Positions 12,459 through 22,569 of a stretch of 64,000 bases of DNA are shown here, in pieces; positions within the stretch are counted from its first letter, which is position 1, and every line of letters starts with the position of its first letter. The stretch spans positions 3,769-67,768 of the forward strand of contig DASXJB010000126.1 of NCBI GenBank assembly GCA_036497645.1. The letters are read 5' to 3'. The notes beneath the pieces are model-generated. The model worked only from the letters and a program-made list of their open reading frames with translations, was not told the DNA's origin and made no database searches. A program made the translations under genes and the position numbers. The DNA comes from Xanthobacteraceae bacterium (lineage in GTDB: Bacteria > Pseudomonadota > Alphaproteobacteria > Rhizobiales > Xanthobacteraceae).

Positions 12459-12928
12459 TGCGGTTCGTATCACGCCTCTTTAGCCGCAAAAGGCCGATCA
12501 TTGCCGAAGCGCGGGCGACCGACGCGGCGGCAATTGCGGCGTTGCACGGCGTTTCGTTTCGGCGCGGCTGGGGCGAAGATGAAATTCTGCGGCTGTTGCT
12601 CGAACGCAATGTGGTGACGGAACGCATGACAGCCGGCGGCAAGTTGATCGGGTTCATTATGTCACGCCTGGCCGCAGGCGAAGCGGAGATCCTCTCGGTC
12701 GCGATCGCGCCGGCGTGGCGCGGCCGTGGCCTGTCACGACAACTGCTTGATCTGCACTTGCGGCGCCTCGCCGGTCTTGGCATTCGCGCCGTCTATCTGG
12801 AAGTCGGGGAGCACAATGCGCCGGCTTGTCGACTCTATCGCCGCGCCGGATTCAAGGAAGTCGGCCGCCGGCACGGGTATTACGACGACGGCGCGAGCGC
12901 ACTGGTGCTGCGCCGTGACTTCGGCTGA
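12455..12928 (+). CDS. rimI: ribosomal-protein-alanine N-acetyltransferase
   Basis: GNAT fold with an acetyl-CoA motif (RGRGLSRQLL). The start overlaps the tsaB stop. The tsaB-rimI pairing is conserved. Confidence 0.8.
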   Translation: MMRFVSRLFSRKRPIIAEARATDAAAIAALHGVSFRRGWGEDEILRLLLERNVVTERMTAGGKLIGFIMSRLAAGEAEILSVAIAPAWRGRGLSRQLLDLHLRRLAGLGIRAVYLEVGEHNAPACRLYRRAGFKEVGRRHGYYDDGASALVLRRDFG

Positions 12929-13119
12929 TGATCCAACTGTAGCCGCGAGGAGACGGATGCCTATATGACATCCGCCGTCGTCAAAGTCCGGGGTATTGGT
13001 TTCGGCGTGTATATTGCGCGAATATCGGTAAGCCGGCGACCCGGCCTCATCGCTGCCGCGCATTGCCGGCTGGAGCTAATTCGTGATCTGCAACAGAAGC
13101 TTAGGTTAGCGGTGGCGGC

Positions 13120-14529
13120 ATGACGCAAGCCCGCAAGCTCTACGTCAAATCGTTCGGCTGCCAGATGAACGTCTACGATTCGCGTCGGATGGCGGACACC
13201 CTGGCGCCCCACGGCTATGTCGAAACCGGCGCAGCAGAGGATGCCGATCTCGTCATTCTCAACACCTGCCACATCCGGGAAAAAGCTGCCGAAAAGGTCT
13301 ATTCCGAACTTGGCCGCATGCGCCGGTTGAAAGAAGCCGCGGCTGCGGAAAACCGCCGTGTGCTGATCGCAGTTGCCGGCTGTGTGGCGCAAGCCGAGGG
13401 CGAAGAGATTATCCGCCGGGCCCCTGCGGTCGATTTGGTGTTCGGGCCGCAGAGCTATCACCGGCTGCCCAGCTTGTTGGAACGCGCGGCGGATGGACGG
13501 CGCGCGATCGATACCGAATTTTCAACGGACGACAAATTTGCGGCCCTTGTCGCACCAACGGCCGCGGCGACCCGTGCGCGCGGTGCTTGCGCTTTCGTCA
13601 CGGTGCAAGAAGGCTGCGATAAGTTTTGCACGTTTTGCGTCGTGCCTTATACGCGCGGCGCCGAACTGTCGCGACCGGTCGATGGTATTATTGCCGAAAC
13701 CGAATCGCTCGCCGAAGCCGGCGTGCGCGAGGTGACGCTGGTCGGGCAAAACGTCAACGCCTATCACGGCATTGGTCCGGACGGCCGCGCCTGGTCGCTG
13801 GCGCGCCTGCTGCAACGCGTCGGGGAAGTGCCGGGCGTCGAGCGTCTGCGCTACACGACCAGTTATCCGCATGACATGGATGATGATTTAATTGCGGCGC
13901 ATGGCGATTTGCCGAAGCTGATGCCGCAACTGCATTTGCCGGTGCAATCCGGTTCAGACCGAATCCTCGCCGTCATGAACCGCCGGCATACGCGAGGCGA
14001 TTATCTGCGCATCGTCGAGCGTCTGCGTCGCACCTGCCCCGCGCTTGCGCTGACCTCCGACTTCATTGTGGGCTTCCCCGGCGAAACGGAGGAAGACTTT
14101 ACCGCAACACTGGATCTGGTCGCCGAGGTCGGCTTTTCGGGAGCATTCTCGTTCAAATACTCGCCGCGGCCCGGCACGCCTGGCGCCGAAATGGCGGAGC
14201 AGATCGACGAAGCGATCAAATCGGAACGGCTGCGGCGCCTGCAGCGTGCGATCGATGAGAGTCAAGCCAAGTTCAATCGCAGCTGCTTGGGCCGCACCTT
14301 CGACGTGTTGTTCGAACGGGAAGGCCGCCATGCCGGCCAGCTGGTCGGCCGCTCGCCCTATCTCCAGCCGGTGCAAACCACCGCGCCGCAATCGCTGATC
14401 GGCGAGATCGTGGCGGTGACGATCACCGAGATCGGCAGCAATAGTCTGTTCGGCACGCTTGCCGACCGCGCCGCGGCGACCGCGCTGCCGGCGCCCGCCG
14501 AGACGACTTTGGTCGCAACAGGAGCCTGA
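13120..14529 (+). CDS. miaB: tRNA-i6A37 methylthiotransferase MiaB
   Basis: 469 aa with N-terminal UPF0004 Cys residues, a radical-SAM CxxxCxxC motif ([11 protein letters not shown]) and a C-terminal TRAM-like region. Confidence 0.95.
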   Translation: MTQARKLYVKSFGCQMNVYDSRRMADTLAPHGYVETGAAEDADLVILNTCHIREKAAEKVYSELGRMRRLKEAAAAENRRVLIAVAGCVAQAEGEEIIRRAPAVDLVFGPQSYHRLPSLLERAADGRRAIDTEFSTDDKFAALVAPTAAATRARGACAFVTVQEGCDKFCTFCVVPYTRGAELSRPVDGIIAETESLAEAGVREVTLVGQNVNAYHGIGPDGRAWSLARLLQRVGEVPGVERLRYTTSYPHDMDDDLIAAHGDLPKLMPQLHLPVQSGSDRILAVMNRRHTRGDYLRIVERLRRTCPALALTSDFIVGFPGETEEDFTATLDLVAEVGFSGAFSFKYSPRPGTPGAEMAEQIDEAIKSERLRRLQRAIDESQAKFNRSCLGRTFDVLFEREGRHAGQLVGRSPYLQPVQTTAPQSLIGEIVAVTITEIGSNSLFGTLADRAAATALPAPAETTLVATGA

Positions 14530-15558
14530 ATGCGCACGCCCGAAACGGAAGAATCGGTTTTTATCGCGCCAGACAATACGGCACAGATCGTTCTTACGTT
14601 TGACGACAATCGGCTCGCTTCGACACTGTTCGGCCAATACGGTCAGAATCTCGCGCTGATCGAGCGGCGGCTCGGCGTAGTTGCCAATTCGCGCGGCAAC
14701 CAGGTGACGGTCGAAGGCGCGCGCGAAGCCTGCGATCAGGCGCGGCGCGTTCTCGAAAGTCTCTATGAGCGGCTCAAGCGCGGCGACGATCTGGTGCCCG
14801 GCGATGTCGAGGGTACGATCCGGCTGGCGCTGTCGCAAGGCTCGCTGTTCGACTTCGACCCGGCGGCGGCCCGCGAGAGTTTTGAGGAAATCAACCTGCG
14901 CAAGCGGCGCGTGCGCGCGCAAACCGCTGCGCAGGACGCCTATGTCCGCGCGCTCAAACGGCACACGCTGGTGTTTTCCACCGGGCCCGCCGGCACCGGC
15001 AAGACGTGGCTCGCGGTCGCCTATGCCGTGCAATTATTTGAGCGCAAAGAAGTCGATCGCATCATTCTGTCGCGCCCGGCGGTGGAAGCGGGTGAACGGC
15101 TCGGCTTTCTGCCTGGCGACATGCGCGAAAAGGTCGATCCTTACCTGCGGCCGATCTACGACGCGCTTTACGACTTGATGGATGCGCGCATCGTCGAACG
15201 AGCTTTGCAGACAGGCGAAATCGAGATCGCGCCGCTCGCCTTCATGCGCGGGCGGACCCTGTCGAATGCCGCAGTTATTCTGGATGAAGCCCAAAACACG
15301 ACGGCGATGCAGATGAAAATGCTGCTGACCCGGCTCGGCGAAAACAGCCGGATGGTGGTGACCGGCGACCCCAGCCAGGTCGATTTGCCGCCCGGCCAGA
15401 CTTCCGGACTCGCCGACGCGGTGCGCCTGCTTGGCGGCATCGAAGGCATCGGACATGTCAGCTTCACGGCGGCGGATGTAGTTCGTCACGAGCTGGTCGC
15501 GCGCATTGTTGCGGCTTATGACGAGGAGGCCGGACGCAAGCGCGAGCGCCGGGAATGA
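14530..15558 (+). CDS. phoH: PhoH-family ATPase (YbeZ-like)
   Basis: Walker A GPAGTGKTWLAV. Conserved miaB-phoH-ybeY-corC-lnt order. Confidence 0.9.
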   Translation: MRTPETEESVFIAPDNTAQIVLTFDDNRLASTLFGQYGQNLALIERRLGVVANSRGNQVTVEGAREACDQARRVLESLYERLKRGDDLVPGDVEGTIRLALSQGSLFDFDPAAARESFEEINLRKRRVRAQTAAQDAYVRALKRHTLVFSTGPAGTGKTWLAVAYAVQLFERKEVDRIILSRPAVEAGERLGFLPGDMREKVDPYLRPIYDALYDLMDARIVERALQTGEIEIAPLAFMRGRTLSNAAVILDEAQNTTAMQMKMLLTRLGENSRMVVTGDPSQVDLPPGQTSGLADAVRLLGGIEGIGHVSFTAADVVRHELVARIVAAYDEEAGRKRERRE

Positions 15559-16154
15559 AGCGGACGGCAGCGGCCGGACTGAAAATCGACGTGCTGGTCG
15601 ATTCGGAACATTGGAAGAATGCCGGTACGGCAAAAGCCGTGGTCCGGCGCGCGCTCAAGCAAGCCGCCACCATGTTATCAACAAAATCCGCCGAGCTCGC
15701 CATCGTTTTGACCGACGATGCTGCGATGCGCAGGCTCAACCGCAATTGGCGCGGGGTCGATGCGCCTACCAATGTACTGTCCTTTGCAACGAAAAACCCC
15801 GGCAACTGGCACATGCTCGATCGCGTCAGCGACGAGCTGGACAAACAGCTTGGCAAGCACCTTGGCGACATCGTGCTCGCCTACGAGACCGTCAAGCGCG
15901 AGGCCCGCCGCGAGGGCAAACCGTTCGATCACCACCTTGCCCATCTGGCGGTGCACGGCTTTTTGCATCTTCTCGGCTATGATCACGGAAGCAACGCGCA
16001 GGCACGCCGCATGGAGACGATTGAGCGCGCGATCTTACGTGATCTCGCGGTGCCGGATCCCTATCGTGCAAACCACTCGACCGCCGGGCATGCCGGCCGG
16101 CGGCCGGCAAAGCGCCCTGGCAGAGATCGAGCACGCGCCGCGCAGAACGCGTAA
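15555..16154 (+). CDS. ybeY: rRNA maturation endoribonuclease YbeY
   Basis: Zinc motif HGFLHLLGYDH. ATGA overlap with phoH. Carries a basic C-terminal tail of about 30 aa. Confidence 0.92.
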   Translation: MKRTAAAGLKIDVLVDSEHWKNAGTAKAVVRRALKQAATMLSTKSAELAIVLTDDAAMRRLNRNWRGVDAPTNVLSFATKNPGNWHMLDRVSDELDKQLGKHLGDIVLAYETVKREARREGKPFDHHLAHLAVHGFLHLLGYDHGSNAQARRMETIERAILRDLAVPDPYRANHSTAGHAGRRPAKRPGRDRARAAQNA

Positions 16155-16189
16155 AATAGCCTCCCCGATCCTGCTCCCGAGGACGCCCA

Positions 16190-17296
16190 ATGGCTGAGCC
16201 TTCACCGCGCCCAGAACCGACCGAGGGCGAACGTCATTCGCTCCCCGTCGTGACGTCGGCGCAAACCGATCAGCCGGAAAGTTGGCTCACGCGCATGAAG
16301 CGCGCGCTGTTTGGTTGGCGAGCGCCGTCGCCGCGCGCGGATCTCGAGCTCGTTCTGACCGCCGAACCGGCGCAATCGGATTTTTCACCCGAAGAAGCGG
16401 CGATGCTGAAGAACATTCTCGCTCTGCGGGAAACCCGAATTGAAAGAATCATGGTAACGCGCGCCGATATCGTCGCGGTCCAGCAAGACATTACGCTTGG
16501 CGAGCTCGTCAAAGTATTCGAAGTAGCGGCGCATTCGCGCCTGGTGGTCTACAACGACACCCTCGATGACCCGGCGGGCATGGTCCATATCAGAGACTTG
16601 ATCGCCTTCATGGCGGCGCGCGCATCGCATGACGAGACCGTAGAGGATGGATCCGCCAAATCAAAAACCGCAGCGCTTAATTTCGCGAATATCGACCTTT
16701 CTACGCCACTGACCGCAGCGAAAATCGTCCGCGAAATTCTTTACGCGCCCCCGTCCATGCCGGCGCTTGACCTCTTAGCGAAGATGCAGGCTACCCGGAT
16801 TCACCTTGCACTTGTGATCGACGAATACGGCGGCAGCGACGGATTGGTCTCAATCGAGGATCTGGTGGAACTCATCGTCGGCGATATTGCCGATGAACAC
16901 GATGAGCAAGAGAGCCCGGCGATTACCAGGCAAAGCGACGGCTCGTTTCTAGCCAACGGCCGCGCCAGCCTCGATGATGTGCGTGCCGCGATCGGCAGCC
17001 AATTCGACGTCGGCGACGTCGCGGAAGACGTCGACACGCTCGGCGGTTACCTCGTCACCAAAGCCGGCCATGTGCCCGTTCGCGGCGAACTGGTGCCGGG
17101 GCCGGAACCATTTGAGGCTGAAGTCCTCGACGCCGATCCGCGCCGGGTCAAGCGCGTCAAGATTTATCTGCGCAAGGATCGCCGACCGGCTGGTCCGCGC
17201 GAGGCGGTACTGCCGCTGCGGGCGGTAGCGCCTCGCCCCGCGACGCAACGCGACGAGACACCTCGGTCCAATCCCAACCCCTCGCGTGGACCGTGA
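16190..17296 (+). CDS. CBS-domain hemolysin/CorC-family transporter-associated protein
   Basis: CBS pair plus a CorC_HlyC-like C-terminal region, in the conserved position between ybeY and lnt. Confidence 0.85.
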   Translation: MAEPSPRPEPTEGERHSLPVVTSAQTDQPESWLTRMKRALFGWRAPSPRADLELVLTAEPAQSDFSPEEAAMLKNILALRETRIERIMVTRADIVAVQQDITLGELVKVFEVAAHSRLVVYNDTLDDPAGMVHIRDLIAFMAARASHDETVEDGSAKSKTAALNFANIDLSTPLTAAKIVREILYAPPSMPALDLLAKMQATRIHLALVIDEYGGSDGLVSIEDLVELIVGDIADEHDEQESPAITRQSDGSFLANGRASLDDVRAAIGSQFDVGDVAEDVDTLGGYLVTKAGHVPVRGELVPGPEPFEAEVLDADPRRVKRVKIYLRKDRRPAGPREAVLPLRAVAPRPATQRDETPRSNPNPSRGP

Positions 17297-18879
17297 AGCT
17301 GAACAACCTGGTCCACAGCATCGTTCTGGCCTGGGGTTGGCGGCGCCGTTCGATCGCGTTCACTGCCGGCGCCGTGTCGGCTCTGGCGATGGCGCCGTTT
17401 AGCGCCTGGCCAGTCTTGTTTTTGACCTTCCCTGTTCTCGTTTTCCTCATCGATGGCATCGCCAGCCGCGGCTTTAGCGGCCTGATTGCGGCAGCCGACA
17501 TCGGGTGGTGGTTCGGGTTCGGTTATTTTCTTGCCGGTCTATATTGGCTCGGCTACGCGTTTCTTGTCGATGCCGCGACCTTTGGCTGGCTCTTGCCATT
17601 CGCGGTCTTCGGTCTTCCGGCGATTCTCGCGATCTACATTGCGCTAGCGGTCGTGCTGGCCCGCCTGTTGTGGCAGCGCGGCGCAATGCGCATCTTGGCC
17701 TTGGCCGTCTGCCTCACCGCGACGGAATGGCTGCGCGGCCATGCCTTCACGGGCTTCCCGTGGAACGCCTTCGGCTATGCCCTCACTGCGCCGTTGGCAC
17801 TGGCGCAAGCGGCTTCGGTGCTCGGCATGTGGGGAATGACCTTCATAGCCATCGCCGTCTGCGCCAGCCCGGCGACGCTGCTCGATCAGGATGCTAAAAA
17901 GCGGCGGCCTTTACTGCCGTTCGCATTGGCTGCACTCACGCTTGCCGCGCTCGCCAGCTTTGGCGCCGTCAGACTGGCGCGAACGCCAACCCGGCTCGTT
18001 GACGGCGTTCATTTGCGCATCATGCAGCCGAATCTGCCACAGGACGTCCGCTTTAATTACGCCGCCAGGCATGAGGTGGTAGACCGCTATCTCGCGTTAT
18101 CGGCGCGCCAAGGTCTTGATCAGGTCACGCATCTGATCTGGCCGGAATCGCCTTTTCCGTTCTTTTTGACGCGCGAGGCGGAAGCATTCGCGCAGATCGC
18201 GCGAGCCTTGCCGCAAAATGCTCTATTGTTTACCGGGGCGATGCGGCTTGCCGATCCTAACAATCCAGCGCGATCGGGTGTGTACAATTCGATCTATGTG
18301 ATCGATCACCAAGCATCTATTCGCTCCGTCTACGATAAGGTGCACCTCGTTCCATTCGGAGAATATTTGCCTTTCGAAGATATCCTGGAGCGCATCGGCT
18401 TGCAGACGCTGACCGAGCAGCGCGGCGGATTTCTTGCCGGCGACCGGCATCGCCTTATCACAGTACCTGGTGCGCCGAGCGCCTTGCCCCTCATCTGTTA
18501 CGAGATCATCTTTCCCGGCGAACTGAGGTCCTCCGACGAGCGTCCAGGCTGGATCGTCAATGTCACCAATGACGGCTGGTTTGGGAATTCCAGCGGACCT
18601 TACCAGCATTTGCAGCAGGCGCGCGTGACCGCGATCGAGCAAGGTCTGCCGCTCGCTCGTGCCGCCAATACCGGAATCTCGGCCGTGATCGATCCACTCG
18701 GTCGCATCGTCGGTTCTTTGCCGCTCGCCAGTGAAGGCGTGTTGGACGCGCCATTGCCGCGCTCAATCGGCGCGCCGATCTATGCGCGCTTTGGCGACAT
18801 TCCCGCTGCCGTCATGATTTTGATCGCATTTGTTCTTGCCATCCGCGGCCGGCTACGCGCCGGCGTTGGAAAGACCTGA
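17293..18879 (+). CDS. lnt: apolipoprotein N-acyltransferase
   Basis: 528 aa with a multi-TM N-terminus and a CN-hydrolase triad context (IWPES, KVHLVPFGEY, LICYEIIFP). GTGA overlap with the upstream gene. Confidence 0.93.
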   Translation: MKLNNLVHSIVLAWGWRRRSIAFTAGAVSALAMAPFSAWPVLFLTFPVLVFLIDGIASRGFSGLIAAADIGWWFGFGYFLAGLYWLGYAFLVDAATFGWLLPFAVFGLPAILAIYIALAVVLARLLWQRGAMRILALAVCLTATEWLRGHAFTGFPWNAFGYALTAPLALAQAASVLGMWGMTFIAIAVCASPATLLDQDAKKRRPLLPFALAALTLAALASFGAVRLARTPTRLVDGVHLRIMQPNLPQDVRFNYAARHEVVDRYLALSARQGLDQVTHLIWPESPFPFFLTREAEAFAQIARALPQNALLFTGAMRLADPNNPARSGVYNSIYVIDHQASIRSVYDKVHLVPFGEYLPFEDILERIGLQTLTEQRGGFLAGDRHRLITVPGAPSALPLICYEIIFPGELRSSDERPGWIVNVTNDGWFGNSSGPYQHLQQARVTAIEQGLPLARAANTGISAVIDPLGRIVGSLPLASEGVLDAPLPRSIGAPIYARFGDIPAAVMILIAFVLAIRGRLRAGVGKT

Positions 18880-19086
18880 ACCGGACCAGGAAGCAAACAA
18901 ATTCGGATCACAGCGATGCCACTCTGCGCTGCAACCAGTGCGAGCAAATTGTGCGATCGCTTATTCCCTGAGAATGGCGCGTTGCGCAAGAAAACCGCTG
19001 CCTCTGGTTCCCGCCAACAGGAAAGCAGTTTCAATTGTGACAAATTTGCTATCTATCGGCATTGAGCTAAAAGGGGGAGGAGCCCC

Positions 19087-19509
19087 ATGGCTACGCTAGC
19101 AAAAAAGGCGCCAAATCCGACCGACAAGCATGTCGGAAGCCGGGTTCGCATGCGCCGGATGATGCTGGGAATGAGTCAAGAGAAGCTCGGCGACTCGCTC
19201 GACCTGACTTTCCAGCAGATTCAGAAATACGAGAAAGGCACCAACCGGATCGGTGCCAGCCGTCTTCAGCAGATTTCTCACATTCTCCAAGTCCCGGTCG
19301 CCTTTTTCTTCGAGGGCGCGCCCAATGCTCAGACCGCGGGCCGCCATGAAGGCTTGGCCGAGGCGCCCTCGCCCGCTTACGTTTCCGACTTCCTGGCAAC
19401 TGCCGACGGCCTTGCTTTGACCAAAGCCTTCATGCGGATCGAGGATTCAAAATTGCGGCGCCGCATCGTCGATCTCGTCGAGCAAATTGCCAGCCGCGAC
19501 AAGCGCTGA
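19087..19509 (+). CDS. XRE-family helix-turn-helix transcriptional regulator
   Basis: HTH_3-like segment (MLGMSQEKLGDSLDLTFQQIQKYEKGTNRIGASRL). Strong RBS GGGGGAGGAG upstream. Confidence 0.85.
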   Translation: MATLAKKAPNPTDKHVGSRVRMRRMMLGMSQEKLGDSLDLTFQQIQKYEKGTNRIGASRLQQISHILQVPVAFFFEGAPNAQTAGRHEGLAEAPSPAYVSDFLATADGLALTKAFMRIEDSKLRRRIVDLVEQIASRDKR

Positions 19510-19697
19510 AGAATCCTCAAACAGTCGCCGCAACGCCGCGGGCTAGAACGAAGGTAGCCGCCCACCTTTCGCCCACATCTTGACCGCGCACGGCGACGCT
19601 GCAACAACCCTCTCAACAAACCGACCGCGCGCGTGTTGCCACCGCGCTTACTGGCAGAGACCCGCACATTAATCAGCTTCGAGGGGAGTGTTTCGCT

Positions 19698-20972
19698 TTG
19701 CGCCACGCCAATTATCTGTTCACCAGCGAGTCCGTGTCAGAGGGTCATCCCGACAAGGTTTGCGACCAAATATCAGACGCCGTACTTGACGCGTTTATCG
19801 AGAACGATCTCAAGCTCGGCATAGCCGACCAAAGCGCCGTGAATACTCGGCTCGGCTGCGAGACATTGTGCACCACCAACAAGATCGTCATCGCCGGCGA
19901 GGGCCGCGGCCAAGCCCCGCTGTTTCACAAACACGGCGCCAAGGCCGTCGTGAACCGGGAAATGATCACGGAAATTGCGCGCGGCGTCGTCAAGGACATT
20001 GGCTACGACCAGGACGGCTTTTCCTATTACGGCGCCGACGTCGAGGTCCTGTTGCATGGCCAATCTCCCGATATCGCCATGGGCGTGGACGCGAAAAAGA
20101 AGAAAGATGGCGAGCAGGAAGGAGCCGGCGACCAAGGCATGATGTTTGGCTTCGCCTGCACCGAGAGCGAGGTCTACGAAAAGGGCTCGTTCATGCCGGC
20201 CCCGATTTATTTCGCACACAAGATTCTCAAAGTGCTTTCCGAAAAACGCCGCTCTGGCGCGCTGTTTGACTTGCAGCCGGACGCCAAGAGCCAGGTCACT
20301 ATCAGGTATATCGACGGCAAGCCGGTCGGCTGCACCAAGGTCGTGGTCTCGACCCAACACAACGCGCAGAATCGCAACGGCAAGAAATATTCGCCCGGAA
20401 TGATCCGCGATATGATCGAGGATACGGTGACTTCGGCGCTGCCGGGCGGCTGGATGCCGAAGCGTCCGAGCGATTTTCTGGTCAATCCCACCGGAAATTT
20501 CGTCATCGGCGGACCGGATGGCGATTGCGGTCTTACTGGTCGGAAAATCATTGTCGACACCTACGGCGGCTATGCCCCGCATGGCGGCGGCGCTTTCTCC
20601 GGCAAGGATCCGACCAAAGTCGATCGCTCGGCCGCTTATGCGGCGCGCTATCTGGCGAAAAATGTCGTCGCGGCCGGACTCGCGGAACGCTGCACAATTC
20701 AGATCGCTTATGCGATCGGGGTGGCCGACCCGATGTCGCTCTATGTCGACACCCACGGCACCGGCAATATCGAAGAAGCAAAACTGCAGAAGCTACTGCC
20801 TGAATTGTTCCCGCTGCGGCCGACCAATATCCGCCGCGCTTTGAAGCTCAGCCGGCCGATCTACCGCCGCACCGCCGCTTACGGTCATTTCGGCCGCGCG
20901 CCGGAAAAGGATGGCGGATTCTCTTGGGAGCGAACGGATCTTGCCGATTCGCTCAAGCGAGCCTTGCGCTAA
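19698..20972 (+). CDS. metK: S-adenosylmethionine synthetase
   Basis: Motifs [23 protein letters not shown] and [16 protein letters not shown]. Apparent TTG start 9 nt after GAGGGGAG. Confidence 0.96.
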   Translation: MRHANYLFTSESVSEGHPDKVCDQISDAVLDAFIENDLKLGIADQSAVNTRLGCETLCTTNKIVIAGEGRGQAPLFHKHGAKAVVNREMITEIARGVVKDIGYDQDGFSYYGADVEVLLHGQSPDIAMGVDAKKKKDGEQEGAGDQGMMFGFACTESEVYEKGSFMPAPIYFAHKILKVLSEKRRSGALFDLQPDAKSQVTIRYIDGKPVGCTKVVVSTQHNAQNRNGKKYSPGMIRDMIEDTVTSALPGGWMPKRPSDFLVNPTGNFVIGGPDGDCGLTGRKIIVDTYGGYAPHGGGAFSGKDPTKVDRSAAYAARYLAKNVVAAGLAERCTIQIAYAIGVADPMSLYVDTHGTGNIEEAKLQKLLPELFPLRPTNIRRALKLSRPIYRRTAAYGHFGRAPEKDGGFSWERTDLADSLKRALR

Positions 20973-21023
20973 GCCACCACGCGATGCGCGGCATAGCGGG
21001 CGGCGGCGGCGTGCCTGCTGCCG

Positions 21024-21764
21024 GTGCAAAAGAAGGCGTCGATCGTCGCGGTGAATGCGATCAGGACGGCGATGGATCCCGCACTCCACAACGTCCGTGC
21101 ATTCTTCGGCCGCCGTAAAGGACATAAGCTGCGGCCGCGGCAAGCTGAGCTGTTCGAAACGCTGCTGCCGCGCGTTGCCCTCGATCTTGCCCGGCCCGCG
21201 CCGGCCGATTTCGCCTCATTGTTTGCCGAACCGGTCACGGCGATTTGCCTCGAAATTGGATTTGGCGGCGGCGAGGCGATGCTTGCCGAAGCCAAAGCAC
21301 ATCGGCACGTCGGCTTTATCGGCGTCGAACCGTTCGTCAACGGCATGGCCAAGGCGCTCGCGGGCATCCAAGCCGAAGGCCTTCAGAATATTCGGCTGCA
21401 TTTCGATGATGCGCTTGGCTTGATCGCGTGGCTCCCCGACGCTTCGCTCACGCGGATCGATCTCATTCATCCTGATCCCTGGCCGAAACGGCGGCATTGG
21501 AAACGCCGATTCGTTCAAGATGAAACGGTCGGGCAACTGGCGCGCATTTTACGCCCCGGCGGTGAATTTCGTTTTGTCACGGATATCGCGGATTACGCGA
21601 CCTGGACGCTGCAGCGGCTCATGCGCTCTCCCGATTTCGAGTGGAAGGCGCAGTGCGCCGGCGATTGGCGCAATCCTTGGCCGGGCTTTCCCGGCACCCG
21701 TTATCACGCCAAGGCCGCACGCGAACAGCGCTCATCATGTTTTTTGGTATTCCGCAGGATTTAA
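21024..21764 (+). CDS. trmB: tRNA (guanine46-N7)-methyltransferase
   Basis: SAM-binding EIGFGGGE and the conserved DPWPKRRHWKRR. Start is uncertain: GTG at 21024 or ATG at 21072. Confidence 0.88.
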   Translation: MQKKASIVAVNAIRTAMDPALHNVRAFFGRRKGHKLRPRQAELFETLLPRVALDLARPAPADFASLFAEPVTAICLEIGFGGGEAMLAEAKAHRHVGFIGVEPFVNGMAKALAGIQAEGLQNIRLHFDDALGLIAWLPDASLTRIDLIHPDPWPKRRHWKRRFVQDETVGQLARILRPGGEFRFVTDIADYATWTLQRLMRSPDFEWKAQCAGDWRNPWPGFPGTRYHAKAAREQRSSCFLVFRRI

Positions 21765-21844
21765 GGCTGCCGAGGCGCTGGCCCTGCCGACGATAAAATC
21801 GCCTGCCTGGGCGCTTCTATTTGACGGCGTCTGCGGGCACCGCT

Positions 21845-21872
21845 CTTGCAACTGACGGGCAAAACGCTATAT
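21845..21872 (+). promoter_or_regulatory. sigma70-type promoter candidate upstream of rimP-nusA-infB
   Basis: CTTGCA (21845-21850), a 16-nt spacer, then CTATAT (21867-21872). This matches the rhizobial housekeeping consensus CTTGAC-N17-CTATAT at 5/6 and 6/6. Confidence 0.5.
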
Positions 21873-21928
21873 TTGAACCGTCCGTCAATGGATACCTCAT
21901 AACGGTCGGATTATCCGAGCGGTTTTGA

Positions 21929-21958
21929 GAGTGGGCCCCCCGGGACCCGCTCTTTTTT
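21929..21958 (+). terminator. intrinsic terminator/attenuator in the rimP leader
   Basis: GAGTGGGCCC...GGGACCCGCTC stem of about 9-10 bp (one mismatch, one G-U) followed immediately by TTTTTT (21953-21958). It lies 33 nt upstream of the rimP ATG. Confidence 0.6.
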
Positions 21959-21990
21959 ATTACCTGAGGCCTGGCGGCTTTGCGAAGAAC

Positions 21991-22566
21991 ATGGAAGGTG
22001 GATCGAGCAACTTTGAAGACGCGGCTTTTGCCGAGGAGCCCCGGCTGATTACCGAGCCGGGACGAGCGGCGCGCGTCGCTGTGCTGGCCGAGCCCGTGCT
22101 CGCCAGCCTCGGTTATCGTCTGGTCCGCGTCCGCATTTCCGGCTTTGCCGGTTGCACCGTACAAATCATGGCCGAGCGTCCCGACGGAACGATGAACATT
22201 GATGACTGCGAAGCCGCCTCGCGCGCGCTATCGCCGGTCTTCGATGTCGCCGATCCGATCGAAGGCTCGTATCGGCTGGAAATCTCGTCGCCCGGCATCG
22301 ATCGGCCATTGGTGCGCCGTTCCGACTTCGACCGCTACGCCGGCCACGTCGCTCTGATCGAAATGCAGATCCCGATCGACGGGCGCAAACGGTTCCGCGG
22401 CGAACTCCAAGGCACCGACGGCGAATGTGCCCGCATCCGTTATGACGAGACAAATGACATTTTGCTGCGCATCGACGACATGGCGGAGGCCAGGCTCGTT
22501 CTTACCGACGCGCTCGTTGCCGAATCGCTGCGCAAGAGCAAACAGAGATCTAACCAAGGAGACTGA
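21991..22566 (+). CDS. rimP: ribosome maturation factor RimP
   Basis: [18 protein letters not shown]... RimP-like N-domain, immediately upstream of nusA. Start chosen at MEGGSS. Confidence 0.85.
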   Translation: MEGGSSNFEDAAFAEEPRLITEPGRAARVAVLAEPVLASLGYRLVRVRISGFAGCTVQIMAERPDGTMNIDDCEAASRALSPVFDVADPIEGSYRLEISSPGIDRPLVRRSDFDRYAGHVALIEMQIPIDGRKRFRGELQGTDGECARIRYDETNDILLRIDDMAEARLVLTDALVAESLRKSKQRSNQGD

Positions 22567-22569
22567 CCA

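Noticed and set aside
12961-13461. 166-aa minus-strand ORF spanning the rimI-miaB spacer and the miaB 5' end. I considered a Fur/Irr-like regulator here, since one sits near this position in some relatives.
   Set aside because: The translation shows no Fur-family helix or metal-binding motifs, and most of it is antisense to miaB.
19510-19697. Possible SAM riboswitch in the 188-nt metK leader.
   Set aside because: I found no AAAGCU/GCUU pseudoknot core typical of SAM-II and no element resembling the SAM/SAH or SAM-V motifs I know. There are only generic GC hairpins. An Infernal scan against Rfam would settle it.
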